Notes under the pieces: generated by a model
Databases searched by the model: none
Seen by the model: the letters and a program-made list of their open reading frames with translations, nothing else
Told to the model about the DNA's origin: nothing
Position numbers and translations under genes: made by a program
NCBI GenBank assembly: GCA_964057225.1
Contig: OZ059897.1
Location: 15,624,001-15,688,000 of the forward strand
Reading direction: 5' to 3'
DNA length: 64,000 nt
Origin: Auanema rhodensis
Lineage: Eukaryota > Animalia > Nematoda
Shown: piece by piece, positions 9,088 to 22,000 of the stretch
Position numbering within the stretch: the first letter of the stretch is position 1
How the letters are laid out: the number at the start of each line of letters is the position of its first letter

Positions 9088-11622
9088 CCACAAATTTTGT
9101 TCACAATAAAGTTCAGGCTGTAGGTACGTTGTGTCGGTTGATTGTTCGATTTTCTCAAAGATCAGCAACTGTATTCAAATGAAAATAGTCACAACTTGGG
9201 TATTCAGATGTGTAGAATCTGATGTTTCAAGTGAGATTTGACGTTGACTTTTCAATTTTCCGGAAACAAGGTTTATATCGACCCTATCCACAAATTTTGT
9301 TCACAATAAAGTTCAGGCTGTAGGTACGTTGTGTCGGTTGATTGTTCGATTTTCTCAAAGATCAGCAACTGTATTCAAATGAAAATAGTCACAACTTGGG
9401 TATTCAGATGTGTAGAATCTGATGTTTCAAGTGAGATTTGACGTTGGCTTTTCAATTTTCCGGAAACAAGGTTTATATCGACCCTATCCACAAATTTTGT
9501 TCACAAAAAAGTTCAGGCTGTAGGTACGTTGTGTCGGTTGATTGTTCGATTTTCTCAAAGATCAGCAACTGTATTCAAATGAAAATAGTCACAACTTGGG
9601 TATTCAGATGAGTAGAATCTGATGTTTCAAGTGAGATTTGACGTTGACTTTTCAATTTTCCGGAAACAAGGTTTATATCGACCCTATCCACAAATTTTGT
9701 TCACAAAAAAGTTCAGGCTGTAGGTACGTTGTGTCGGTTGATTGTTCGATTTTCTCAAAGATCAGCAACTGTATTCAAATGAAAATAGTCACAACTTGGG
9801 TATTCAGATGAGTAGAATCTGATGTTTCAAGTGAGATTTGACGTTGACTTTTCAATTTTCCGGAAACAAGGTTTATATCGACCCTATCCACAAATTTTGT
9901 TCACAATAAAGTTCAGGCTGTAGGTACGTTGTGTCGGTTGATTGTTCGATTTTCTCAAAGATCAGCAACTGTATTCAAATGAAAATAGTCACAACTTGGG
10001 TATTCAGATGTGTAGAATCTGATGTTTCAAGTGAGATTTGACGTTGACTTTTCAATTTTCCGGAAACAAGGTTTATATCGACCCTATCCACAAATTTTGT
10101 TCACAAAAAAGTTCAGGCTGTGGGTACGTTGTGTCGGTTGATTGTTCGATTTTCTCAAAGATCAGCAACTGTATTCAAATGAAAATAGTCACAACTTGGG
10201 TATTCAGATGTGTAGAATCTGATGTTTCAAGTGAGATTTGACGTTGACTTTTCAATTTTCCGGAAACAAGGTTTATATCGACCCTATCCACAAATTTTGT
10301 TCACAAAAAAGTTCAGGCTGTGGGTACGTTGTGTCGGTTGATTGTTCGATTTTCTCAAAGATCAGCAACTGTATTCAAATGAAAATAGTCACAACTTGGG
10401 TATTCAGATGTGTAGAATCTGATGTTTCAAGTGAGATTTGACGTTGGCTTTTCAATTTTCCGGAAACAAGGTTTATATCGACCCTATCCACAAATTTTGT
10501 TCACAAAAAAGTTCAGGCTGTAGGTACGTTGTGTCGGTTGATTGTTCGATTTTCTCAAAGATCAGCAACTGTATTCAAATGAAAATAGTCACAACTTGGG
10601 TATTCAGATGAGTAGAATCTGATGTTTCAAGTGAGATTTGACGTTGACTTTTCAATTTTCCGGAAACAAGGTTTATATCGACCCTATCCACAAATTTTGT
10701 TCACAAAAAAGTTCAGGCTGTAGGTACGTTGTGTCGGTTGATTGTTCGATTTTCTCAAAGATCAGCAACTGTATTCAAATGAAAATAGTCACAACTTGGG
10801 TATTCAGATGAGTAGAATCTGATGTTTCAAGTGAGATTTGACGTTGACTTTTCAATTTTCCGGAAACAAGGTTTATATCGACCCTATCCACAAATTTTGT
10901 TCACAATAAAGTTCAGGCTGTAGGTACGTTGTGTCGGTTGATTGTTCGATTTTCTCAAAGATCAGCAACTGTATTCAAATGAAAATAGTCACAACTTGGG
11001 TATTCAGATGTGTAGAATCTGATGTTTCAAGTGAGATTTGACGTTGACTTTTCAATTTTCCGGAAACAAGGTTTATATCGACCCTATCCACAAATTTTGT
11101 TCACAATAAAGTTCAGGCTGTAGGTACGTTGTGTCGGTTGATTGTTCGATTTTCTCAAAGATCAGCAACTGTATTCAAATGAAAATAGTCACAACTTGGG
11201 TATTCAGATGTGTAGAATCTGATGTTTCAAGTGAGATTTGACGTTGACTTTTCAATTTTCCGGAAACAAGGTTTATATCGACCCTATCCACAAATTTTGT
11301 TCACAAAAAAGTTCAGGCTGTAGGTACGTTGTGTCGGTTGATTGTTCGATTTTCTCAAAGATCAGCAACTGTATTCAAATGAAAATAGTCACAACTTGGG
11401 TATTCAGATGTGTAGAATCTGATGTTTCAAGTGAGATTTGACGTTGACTTTTCAATTTTCCGGAAACAAGGTTTATATCGACCCTATCCACAAATTTTGT
11501 TCACAAAAAAGTTCAGGCTGTGGGTACGTTGTGTCGGTTGATTGTTCGATTTTCTCAAAGATCAGCAACTGTATTCAAATGAAAATAGTCACAACTTGGG
11601 TATTCAGATGTGTAAAATCTGA
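9088..11622. repeat. 200-bp tandem satellite, sub-array 2 (about 12.7 monomers)
   Basis: Same monomer and period; resumes at CCACAAATTTTG. Confidence 0.97.
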
Positions 11623-13096
11623 ATTTCCTAGTGAGATTAAGTCGGAATTTCTGTTTTTCTCCGAAAAAGGGTTTTTCTAATTTAGATTAATCATCTTAAA
11701 TTAAATGTTTCAATGTTTAGTTCACTAATGAAGTCGAAAAAAGTTGAATAAAATGTAAAATAAAAAATAATAAAAAGTAAGTTAACTGAATAAATTTCTA
11801 ATTAATATAAATAAGTTTATATATTATTTTTTAAAATAAATAAATAAAATATTTGAACCGAATTAATGATTATCAGTGGAGCGCATCTCCAAAAAGTGTT
11901 ATTCTCTGGTATGGTTTTAAAGAAAAAATATGGTTAACAATAATAAATTCAGTATTATTTAACTTGAATATATTAAATCAAACCCGTAGAACCTGAAAAA
12001 CCGATCAAAATTCAAAAATATGGTCAAATTAAAGAGATATAACGACTTGAACATAGCCCTTATAGTAAGGCTATATTGTCTTAAGGTTTATATCATATAT
12101 CCATTTTTTATTTTATCATATAGTTACCAATTATATATAAATGTGGTCAATAGCCGAAAGGATAAGATGACAGACTGACAACCAAACAGTCCTAGATCGA
12201 CTCCCCTAGGATACTGAACAGAACATAAGGTAAGACAAAGATTATAGAAAAGAGCCCAAGGATCAGGAGCCCAAGGATCAGGAGCCCGAGGATCAGGAGC
12301 CGCAGGATCAGGGGCCCAAGAATCAGGAGTCGGAGGACGAGGAGCCGAAGGATCAGGAGACCGATGGCGAAGAGCCCAAGGATAAGGAGCCGGAGGATCG
12401 GCAGCCCGAGGCCCAAGAATCAGGAGCCCGAGGACGAAGAGCCCAAGGATCAGGAGCCGGAGGATCAGGAGCTCGAGGACGAAGAGCCCAAGGATCAGGA
12501 ACTCGAAGACCAAGAGCCCAAGGATCAAGAGCCCGAGAAGGAGAAGCCTCGAGGAGGAGGAGCCGAGGAGCAGGATGCCAAAGATCAGAAGCCTGAGGAT
12601 CAGGATGCCAAGGATCAGAAGCCTGAGGATCGGGAGCCGAGGAGGAGAAGCCCGAGGAGGAGGAGATATGGACTACCTTTTGCCTTCCAAAGACAAGCCC
12701 GAAGACGAGGAACCCAGGACCAGGAACACGAGGACGACGACCCCAGAAGCCTGGGAATCAGGAGCCAGAAAATCAGAAGCCGGAGGACGAGGAGCCCAAG
12801 ATTCAGGAGCCGGAGGACGAGGAGCCCGAGAATCAGGAGCCGGAGGATCAGCAGCGCAAGGATCAGGAGAAGGAGGGTCGGGAGCCGAGGAGGAGAAGCC
12901 CGAGGAGGAGGAGATATGGACTACCTTTTGCCTTCCAAAGACAAGCCCGAGGACGAGGAACCCAGGACCAGGAACACAAGGACGAGGACCCCAGAAGCCC
13001 GAGGAGATCTGTGCAACCAGCAAATGATCTAGGAAGAAAATTTTAGCATACCGAGTATGAGAAGACCAACGACGAGAAACCCGAAAACGAGCCCAC
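11623..13096. repeat. 1,474-bp satellite-embedded cassette, copy 2
   Basis: Near-identical to 7614-9087 with the same junction points in the monomer. Confidence 0.95.
12249..13032 (+). pseudogene. Frameshifted relic of an acidic pentapeptide-repeat protein, copy 2
   Basis: Same sequence and same frameshifts as 8240-9023. Confidence 0.5.
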
Positions 13097-15006
13097 CCAC
13101 AAATTTTGTTCACAATAAAGTTCAGGCTGTAGGTACGTTGTGTCGGTTGATTGTTCGATTTTTCAAAGATCAGCAACTGTATTCAAATGAAAATAGTCAC
13201 AACTTGGGTATTCAGATGTGTAGAATCTGATGTTTCAAGTGAGATTTGACGTTGGCTTTTCAATTTTCCGGAAACAAGGTTTATATCGACCCTATCCACA
13301 AATTTTGTTCACAAAAAAGTTCAGGCTGTAGGTACGTTGTGTCGGTTGATTGTTCGATTTTCTCAAAGATCAGCAACTGTATTCAAATGAAAATAGTCAC
13401 AACTTGGGTATTCAGATGTGTAGAATCTGATGTTTCAAGTGAGATTTGACGTTGACTTTTCAATTTTCCGGAAACAAGGTTTATATCGACCCTATCCACA
13501 AATTTTGTTCACAAAAAAGTTCAGGCTGTAGGTACGTTGTGTCGGTTGATTGTTCGATTTTCTCAAAGATCAGCAACTGTATTCAAATGAAAATAGTCAC
13601 CACTTGGGTATTCAGATGTGTAGAATCTGATGTTTCAAGTGAGATTTGACGTTGGCTTTTCAATTTTCCGGAAACAAGGTTTATATCGACCCTATCCACA
13701 AATTTTGTTCACAAAAAAGTTCAGGCTGTAGGTACATTGTGTCGGTTGATTGTTCGATTTTCTCAAAGATCAGCAACTGTATTCAAATGAAAATAGTCAC
13801 CACTTGGGTATTCAGATGTGTAGAATCTGATGTTTCAAGTGAGATTTGACGTTGACTTTTCAATTTTCCGGAAACAAGGTTTATATCGACCCTATCCACA
13901 AATTTTGTTCACAAAAAAGTTCAGGCTGTAGGTACATTGTGTCGGTTGATTGTTCGATTTTCTCAAAGATCAGCAACTGTATTCAAATGAAAATAGTCAC
14001 CACTTGGGTATTCAGATGTGTAGAATCTGATGTTTCAAGTGAGATTTGACGTTGACTTTTCAATTTTCCGGAAACAAGGTTTATATCGACCCTATCCACA
14101 AATTTTGTTCACAAAAAAGTTCAGGCTGTAGGTACGTTGTGTCGGTTGATTGTTCGATTTTCTCAAAGATCAGCAACTGTATTCAAATGAAAATAGTCAC
14201 AACTTGGGTATTCAGATGAGTAGAATCTGATGTTTCAAGTGAGATTTGACGTTGACTTTTCAATTTTCCGGAAACAAGGTTTATATCGACCCTATCCACA
14301 AATTTTGTTCACAAAAAAGTTCAGGCTGTAGGTACGTTGTGTCGGTTGATTGTTCGATTTTCTCAAAGATCAGCAACTGTATTCAAATGAAAATAGTCAC
14401 AACTTGGGTATTCAAATGTGTAGAATCTGATGTTTCAAGTGAGATTTGACGTTGACTTTTCAATTTTCCGGAAACAAGGTTTATATCGACCCTATCCACA
14501 AATTTTGTTCACAAAAAAGTTCAGGCTGTAGGTACGTTGTGTCGGTTGATTGTTCGATTTTCTCAAAGATCAGCAACTGTATTCAAATGAAAATAGTCAC
14601 AACTTGGGTATTCAGATGAGTAGAATCTGATGTTTCAAGTGAGATTTGACGTTGACTTTTCAATTTTCCGGAAACAAGGTTTATATCGACCCTATCCACA
14701 AATTTTGTTCACAAAAAAGTTCAGGCTGTAGGTACGTTGTGTCGGTTGATTGTTCGATTTTCTCAAAGATCAGCAACTGTATTCAAATGAAAATAGTCAC
14801 AACTTGGGTATTCAGATGAGTAGAATCTGATGTTTCAAGTGAGATTTGACGTTGACTTTTCAATTTTCCGGAAACAAGGTTTATATCGACCCTATCCACA
14901 AATTTTGTTCACAAAAAAGTTCAGGCTGTGGGTACGTTGTGTCGGTTGATTGTTCGATTTTCTCAAAGATCAGCAACTGTATTCAAATGAAAATAGTCAC
15001 AACTTG
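13097..15006. repeat. 200-bp tandem satellite, sub-array 3 (about 9.5 monomers)
   Basis: Same monomer, with a 1-bp deletion near 13163. It ends abruptly at CACAACTTG|AGGATT. Confidence 0.97.
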
Positions 15007-16024
15007 AGGATTTGTCAGTTAATATTTCCATGAGACCAGGAGAAGCAATATATATATACCAGATTATTAGTAATAATACTCAATATAATTTAAAAAAATA
15101 AAAAAAAAAGACTATTAATAAAAATAATTTTATTCATATTTTATTTAAAACATAAAACAAAATACCACCGGATTATAATCGTCTAACAATTAATTTTAGC
15201 TTGATAATATTTCTGGCAATGCTTATGTCGTAGTTATAAATATAATAATCACAGATAATATATATAATATATATCAATATATAGAATATAAATTTTTTGG
15301 TTAAAGAAAAATTACAAAAAAAGTACTACAATGAATTATTATATGTAATATACATTTATAATAAATTTGTAAACAAATATATTGTAAGGAAAATACCCAT
15401 TTGAACGAGAAGACAAGGACAGCTTATAAACAAATGTCAAATAAAAAATAATGATGATTATTTTTCTTCTTTCTATTGAAAAAGAAGCATCTAATTTGAA
15501 AATTGAAATAGATGTAGGTCATGCTACAAGCCAATATTTTCTGTACAAACTTCAAAGCATCTAATCAAACAACTAATTATTTTGTTAGTATACATATTTG
15601 TATAATGAAAATCCTAGTTACTAGATAGATATCCGAAAGATATTTAGCTATCAGAAGATTGAACAGAAAATATTAGAAAAATTATACATTTTATAATAAT
15701 AATAATAATATTATTATTATTACATTTAAAAAAAAGTATAAAAATAATTCAAAATGTTTCTTTAAATAGAAAACAGATGTGACTACATTTTAAATGAAAA
15801 AAATGATGTTAGTGATCATGTTATAACATGAGCAAATGTGAGAAAATTTAGAGATACTACGTTCCAAAGGTTGCGCAGTGATCAGGAGTATTCAGGTTTA
15901 AATTTTGAACATTCTACAGAATTGTTTTAAGAAAGAATTGGAACAGTTCAATCTTAAATCTTTACCACTCCTTCTCAAATTAAGATAAAAGTAAATAAAG
16001 ATATATAAATATATAAGTATATAT

Positions 16025-19000
16025 TTACTGTATCCGGCAATTTTTCTTCTTTTTGCCTTTAGTTGCTGGAGATTCTATCCGTCTATCATCATGATGTATA
16101 GCATTACGTTCTTCTTGTTGGTACTTCCTAAATTGAAAGTTTATTAGTTTATTGATATATGTATATCTTGATCAGATCTCACTAGCTTCACTTTTCATTT
16201 CATTCGAGTTATTTCTCTTTGTCTCATTCAATATTGCATAAGCTTAGTGATGTGAATAATATATGAATCCTATATGTATATATTGTTTGATATATATGTA
16301 GTTGTCTTTCACATTTTCTGGTTTAATTACTTTTTCTCTTTTCCTTTTCCCTTATTTCTCACATATTGTCTAACTCTGTCAAAATTTCTTCGATCTACTT
16401 TTCAGTATAAAGCTTAAGCGAGGCATAGAATAAGTTATTGAATAGGATGAAGTGAATAAGGTGAGAGAGAAAGAGAGAGTAAAAGAAAAATAGAGAAAAA
16501 GAGAAGAGTCTATGAAGGTAGAAGAATGGAAGAAGACATTGATCACGTCGACTACGGACATTACACCATTACATAAGCTTTATAGCTACGCTTATACAAA
16601 TAAAATGGAAACATGTATATCGAAATATATTATAACGTAAACCTGGTGTCAAAATGAATTTCTCTCTTTGCTCACTGATGGATAAAGTTACCTACCTTAC
16701 TAATCGAACAACATCATGGAATGCTTTATCCACATTAATTCGGAATTTAGCTGAACACTCAATATAGCCGATTCCCAATGATTTAGCGAGATCTTCTCCC
16801 TCGTGTCGGGCAACCTAAAAATAGTATTTATATGAAACCGGAAAACTTTTTTTTCGTCTTTGAACCCTTCTTTTGGCGAATTTTTTCTCAAAGACTATAA
16901 CAGCTTTTTGGTTTATGGATCTGATGCACATATAACTGACCTTGATAGGTAAACGAAACTCAAACATAATCATGAATTCACAACTTTTTTTTTCTCCCTC
17001 CAACGTTAGTCAAACAAACAACATTATTTCTCTCACCATGCTGATTCTAATCGTTTGAGGTCGTTTTATTCTTTCAATTTTCAAATTTTCGGTGTCAGCT
17101 GGTAGAAAATCCGTTTGTCATCTCCCTAGAGTGAAAGCATTTGTTGGTCAACTAATAGGGCATAAAAAGTCTCGAAAGAGAAAAGAAATATATCTAGAGA
17201 GTATAGGATAATCAGAGGACAACTGAAGGATAAAGCTGCCATCCAGTTATTTTAGGAAATAGAAACTTGCATGTCACTCACCCATTCATTTTTACACAAC
17301 AAACAAAAACAAATAAATAGAAATCAAGTTAGATCAACCATCAAAGAAGGAATGAGAATCAACATACCATCATGAGTTTGTGCATGTTTTATTTCTTTCA
17401 TATACATGTATATATAGATGTTAAGGTTTTTCAATCAAAACTTTCAATTAGAACAGAAAATTATTTAATTTGAAATCTTGGTTTCTGAACTAATAAGAAC
17501 ATCAGACCATCTATCTGAATCTTTCAAATTCTTTTTATTCTTATTCTTTACTGACAAAAGTAATGAAATTCACAGGTGTTCGTTTGTGTAGATGTATGCC
17601 ATGAAGGTGTCCAAGGATTTTATAATTCATTTCTGTTTTTTTTCTTTGTTGACCCCGTACTTCGCACATTGTATCAAACTAATTACATGTTTCCAAAAGA
17701 AGGTATTAAACGATTTAATGGGATGACCATCGTGAAAGAAAAAAATTCTCACATGCTTTCATGATTGGATGTTTAATGATGAAACTGACCATTATAGTGA
17801 ATTGGGTTCAGAGTAACTTAGAATGACAGTCCCAAACTAGTACCTGATGAGTTTACAGGATTCACAACACGAAAGAAGGAAAATGGCCATGAGAGCTTAG
17901 CAATTCGAACACAACACTTCAATGTGCTAATCCCTATGGTTCTAACAAACTTAAATAGAAAAGAGAAAGAAGAGAAGTGAGAGATCATAGTGCAAGCTTG
18001 TTTGTTTGTTCATATAGATTCTCGCCCCAATATTCACCAGCAACATCAGCTTCAAACATCTCTTTCTTTTCTATTTCAAATTTTAGACTATGACTTGAGC
18101 GAATAACTGCTTTGTCACCGTCATGTGATGCATTTTCCGCTTCAATGTCTTCATTTACTTCTCCATTTCATCTCTATTTCTGGGTTTGAAGCAGAAGAAG
18201 TCATAGAGATTTCAAACAACTTTAAAACGAAAGAAAGATGTAAAGAGGCATATGAAAAACGGAATTTCAGATTCTCCAATTGTAATTTTTGACTCTATCG
18301 TTGAGACGCGCCAAATATGCTGAGGGCAGAGTATTTGATGAGTAAGCTAACAAACAGCTCCCAAGAGAAAATAAACGGTGGTTGTTAGACTACTCTGGCT
18401 ACTCAACTAAAAGTCTTCCTCTCTCGGATTGAGATTCAAAAAAAAACAAAGAAATCATACAATCAAGATGATTTCAATGTCACAATTCACACGATTGAAG
18501 AATGAAAATAGGTTTAGTTAACTGAGCTACCGGATAATGATGAGATGTGTAAATATCAGATCCTAGGTATTCCGAAAAGAAAAACAAATGAACTTACATG
18601 ACGTTCAGCTTCAAGATCAGCTTTATTTCCAACCAATAAAATGGGAAAATCATCCCTATCTTTGACACGACTTATCATAGTATACATCTTTCGAACTTCT
18701 TCAAAACTGAAAAAAAAATAATTAGAAAATACAATAAAAAATTTGAAAACAAAATGATATCAACCGCTTAATTCACAATGTATGGAAAAATGAGTTTTGT
18801 TTTTACGTGAAATATTTAAAGATTTAAAACTTCTTTTTGTATTTTTTATTATTTTCTATTGTACCAAGCTGGATTTTTTAAATTCTGTGAAGAAGCCATG
18901 AGGTCCTGTATTAACTTTGTCCTTTTAATCCAGAATCTTCCCTTCGAATCGAAAGAACTCGTATTAATTCCTAATCATTTCCGATTTTACAACACTTCAC

Positions 19001-22000
19001 ATTATCTTTGAATTTAAGAGCTTTTCTCAGTCAAAACTCGACATTAATCGGCTTAAAACATGCGATTTATATTCCTTAATGACTCTCAACTCTATCTTTT
19101 TTTTGTTAAATGAAAAAAGTAAAAAAAATATGAATTCCATCACTATAAAACCCTATATATTAGGTTTTGTTGATAGAAAAAAATAGAATTTCCTTTTAAA
19201 ATTATAAACTTTTCGTAAAAAGAATGTGTGAAAATGATTCTTATGTTTCACAACATTCCCTCGTAATGTATATGTTTGAATTCAAATAAACCGTCCTCCT
19301 CTGATCAACTATCTAGCTGCTTATGTTTTCTATCTTTGCTCTATTCATTCTTTTAATTCTTCTTCATTTCTCTTCCAATTTGAAAAAAAAACAAGGAAAA
19401 TACCATTGAAGAGCAATTTACTGTCATCAATTACAAAAGTATTTTAGTTGAAAGATGTTTGTGACAATATCATCAATATACTGTTTAATTTCACTAAACA
19501 TGTTGGATTTCTGAAGTAAATATTTCAATTAAATCCCAAGAAATAGTAAATAACTATCTCATTATAGTTAAACACAAAAGTAATTGGAATACAACAGAAG
19601 CCTGTTGGTTTGAGAAGAGGATGAAACATCAGCAGCAGTATGTCTGGCTTGTAAGTCAACCAGTTGACCTTAACTTCTGTTCTACAGCAGAGTTAACCAA
19701 TAATAACTATATTTCAAATATAGTTAAGTTTGTTATTAAAAATCATAACAATCATATACTTTTAATGGCTTAAAGGGTTAAGATATAACACAAAAAATCT
19801 GCTAAAAGTCTTGAATAATAGCATAATTGGCAGAAATTGAAAATGAAGTTAACAGTAGACTTCTCCTTTTTGAAAATAGTACTATATAAAATATGTTATT
19901 AGATTTATCTAAACAGATGTGACAACGTTTTTCATGTTTCCACAACTTTCAAAATGACATTTGTCAGAAAATCCCTGGAAAACAGCTGGTAGAACTTCCG
20001 TTTTCTTATTCATTCACACATCTTCTTCCTCTTTCCTAGATGTATTTTTTTTACAATTTCTATGAAATCCCAGGTGCTTTTAGTGTTTGGAATAAATGAA
20101 ACATATGTATATTGCACGTGTTTGGGACCTCTGTTCATTGCCAATTTGAAGAAGTAACTATCCATCTTTGTTTCAATATTTAACTAAATATACAGAAGTT
20201 CCAGTAGTAGAAATCAGTTTAAGACTAATTTCCAATACAGTAAGCATCTTATCAATCTTTTACAACAAATATTAGAATGATTACTATATTTGGTTAACGG
20301 ATTTTCGCTGCTTCAATACATGTTTTACGCAAAAACAAGAAGAATAGCATTTTGTTATCATGATGATTGAATCAGTAGCTATCCGAATATCGGTAGTCAA
20401 ATGAATTAATATGTATAATTCTTCTAGAGTCCCCTCTATCCATATATTTCTTTTAAATTAGTCAACAAAAAGTTGAATAAGCTCAAGTTCTAAAGAAAAA
20501 CCATGAAATCAAGAAAATAGCTTTAAATGAAAATTGGCATGTTCACATGCGATCTAAAAATGGCAACAAGTATGATACGAAAACATCATAGTTGACGACG
20601 AACAGCTATGACCAGTCAGTTAACCGATTTAAGTTAGAAATCAACTTCCCCTACACTCAGTTTGACTCAATTTTCTGCTCATTCTCTTGATTTCTTTTGG
20701 ATAAAGACAACATACAAGAACTGAAGATGAAATACAAATTCATCCGTCACTTTTCAAGAAAATCTTAAATTTTCTTGAAGACAGGTTAGACTAATGATAA
20801 GATAAATGGTAGAACACTTATTTGAAGTTTTTCTAAAGACATAAGAATAATTCAAAGCTAAATATATAATAAATTTGAAGAGGTACTTCTCTTTTCTTTA
20901 AAAGAATCATGAGAATTCAGTTCTTTCTAAAATCATTTATGGTTTTTCAGTTGTAAATTAGGAAAAAGGGAAACTGAATGATTAACGAAGTATGTAAGAA
21001 GAAAGGAATCAAAGTGTGGTCCTCTAATAGCATTTCTTCTTGCCCGTCAACTATAAATCTGATTTTGCGGATGTTAACGAAAGATTGAAAATGATTTTTC
21101 CTCCCTCCATTTCATTCATATCTTTAAAAAAACTGGAAAAAAGATAATTTTTTTGATCATATCATTATATATATATATATATATTGAACATATATTAATG
21201 ATTAAAGCTTAATTCATATTCATGAAAATCATATAAACATTAGTTTTTCAGATTTGAAATGATATAAGAAATATTTCGAAAATGTTTTAAAAGTTTGTTA
21301 TGTGCATCTTGTTTTGACAATATTTTCTTTTCCCCCCAGAATAATATTGTATTTCTGAGAGGATAATAAAGGTCAAAACATTTTGAGTCAGCTTAACCTG
21401 GCGAATGTTTGTAATTCCTTCATAATCATATTCGTAGAAGAGAGCTCAACATCACTTGATTCAATCTAGCGAATCGTTCCCCTTTCTCTTGTTTTCTCTC
21501 TCTCCATTTCTTTCTTCATCTTTTCTTCATAATATTCTTCTCTCTTTCTTCATTTATCTCTTTTCATATATAGTTTCCGACAAGCTTTACTTCTTCAACA
21601 GCACAACCTGTTGAAGAAGGTCCCGAGCCTAACTAAGAAGCCACAGGCTGAAAGGGTGACGACAGCAAGGATGATGACGAGATGAAGATGGTCGGAATCT
21701 ATATGATAGAATGTGAGAGAGAGAACGAAAGGTAGTAAGGGAGGCTATGGCGAAGTTTGATGAAAGATATTTGTTCAACCGTGGAGACGAGCGAAGACTC
21801 TTCTCCATCACGAGAACCGAGGTAAATAGTTCGCACACAAAAGGATTGTCATCAATGGGTTGAAGATGTGTTTCCTTCAAAAATCAATATTCGCCCTGGC
21901 AACAAGCACTATAACATTGTGAAGATGTGTTCTAAGTCTTATGATAAACGATAATATATGAGAAAACCTTTAACTCTGCTCAACTTAAAACGGAAAACAA

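Noticed and set aside
8115-9158. Minus-strand Leu-rich and Pro-rich ORFs over the cassette (and the copy at 12124-13176)
   Set aside because: Antisense shadows of a low-complexity 15-bp repeat that lacks stops in most frames.
5629-14449. Repeated 67-aa ORFs (MTLTFQFSGNK...) as a tandem gene family
   Set aside because: They start at TTG in a eukaryote, the 200-bp period is not a multiple of 3, common variants create stops (TAA, TGA), and there are no splice or poly(A) signals.
5525-15006. CRISPR-like array
   Set aside because: No unique spacers, since monomers are identical end to end; eukaryotic context; no cas genes.
17980-18001. bantam/miR-81-like 22-mer (AGAGATCATAGTGCAAGCTTGT) in a ras-1 intron
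   Set aside because: It lacks the 5' U and has no complementary upstream arm to form the precursor hairpin.
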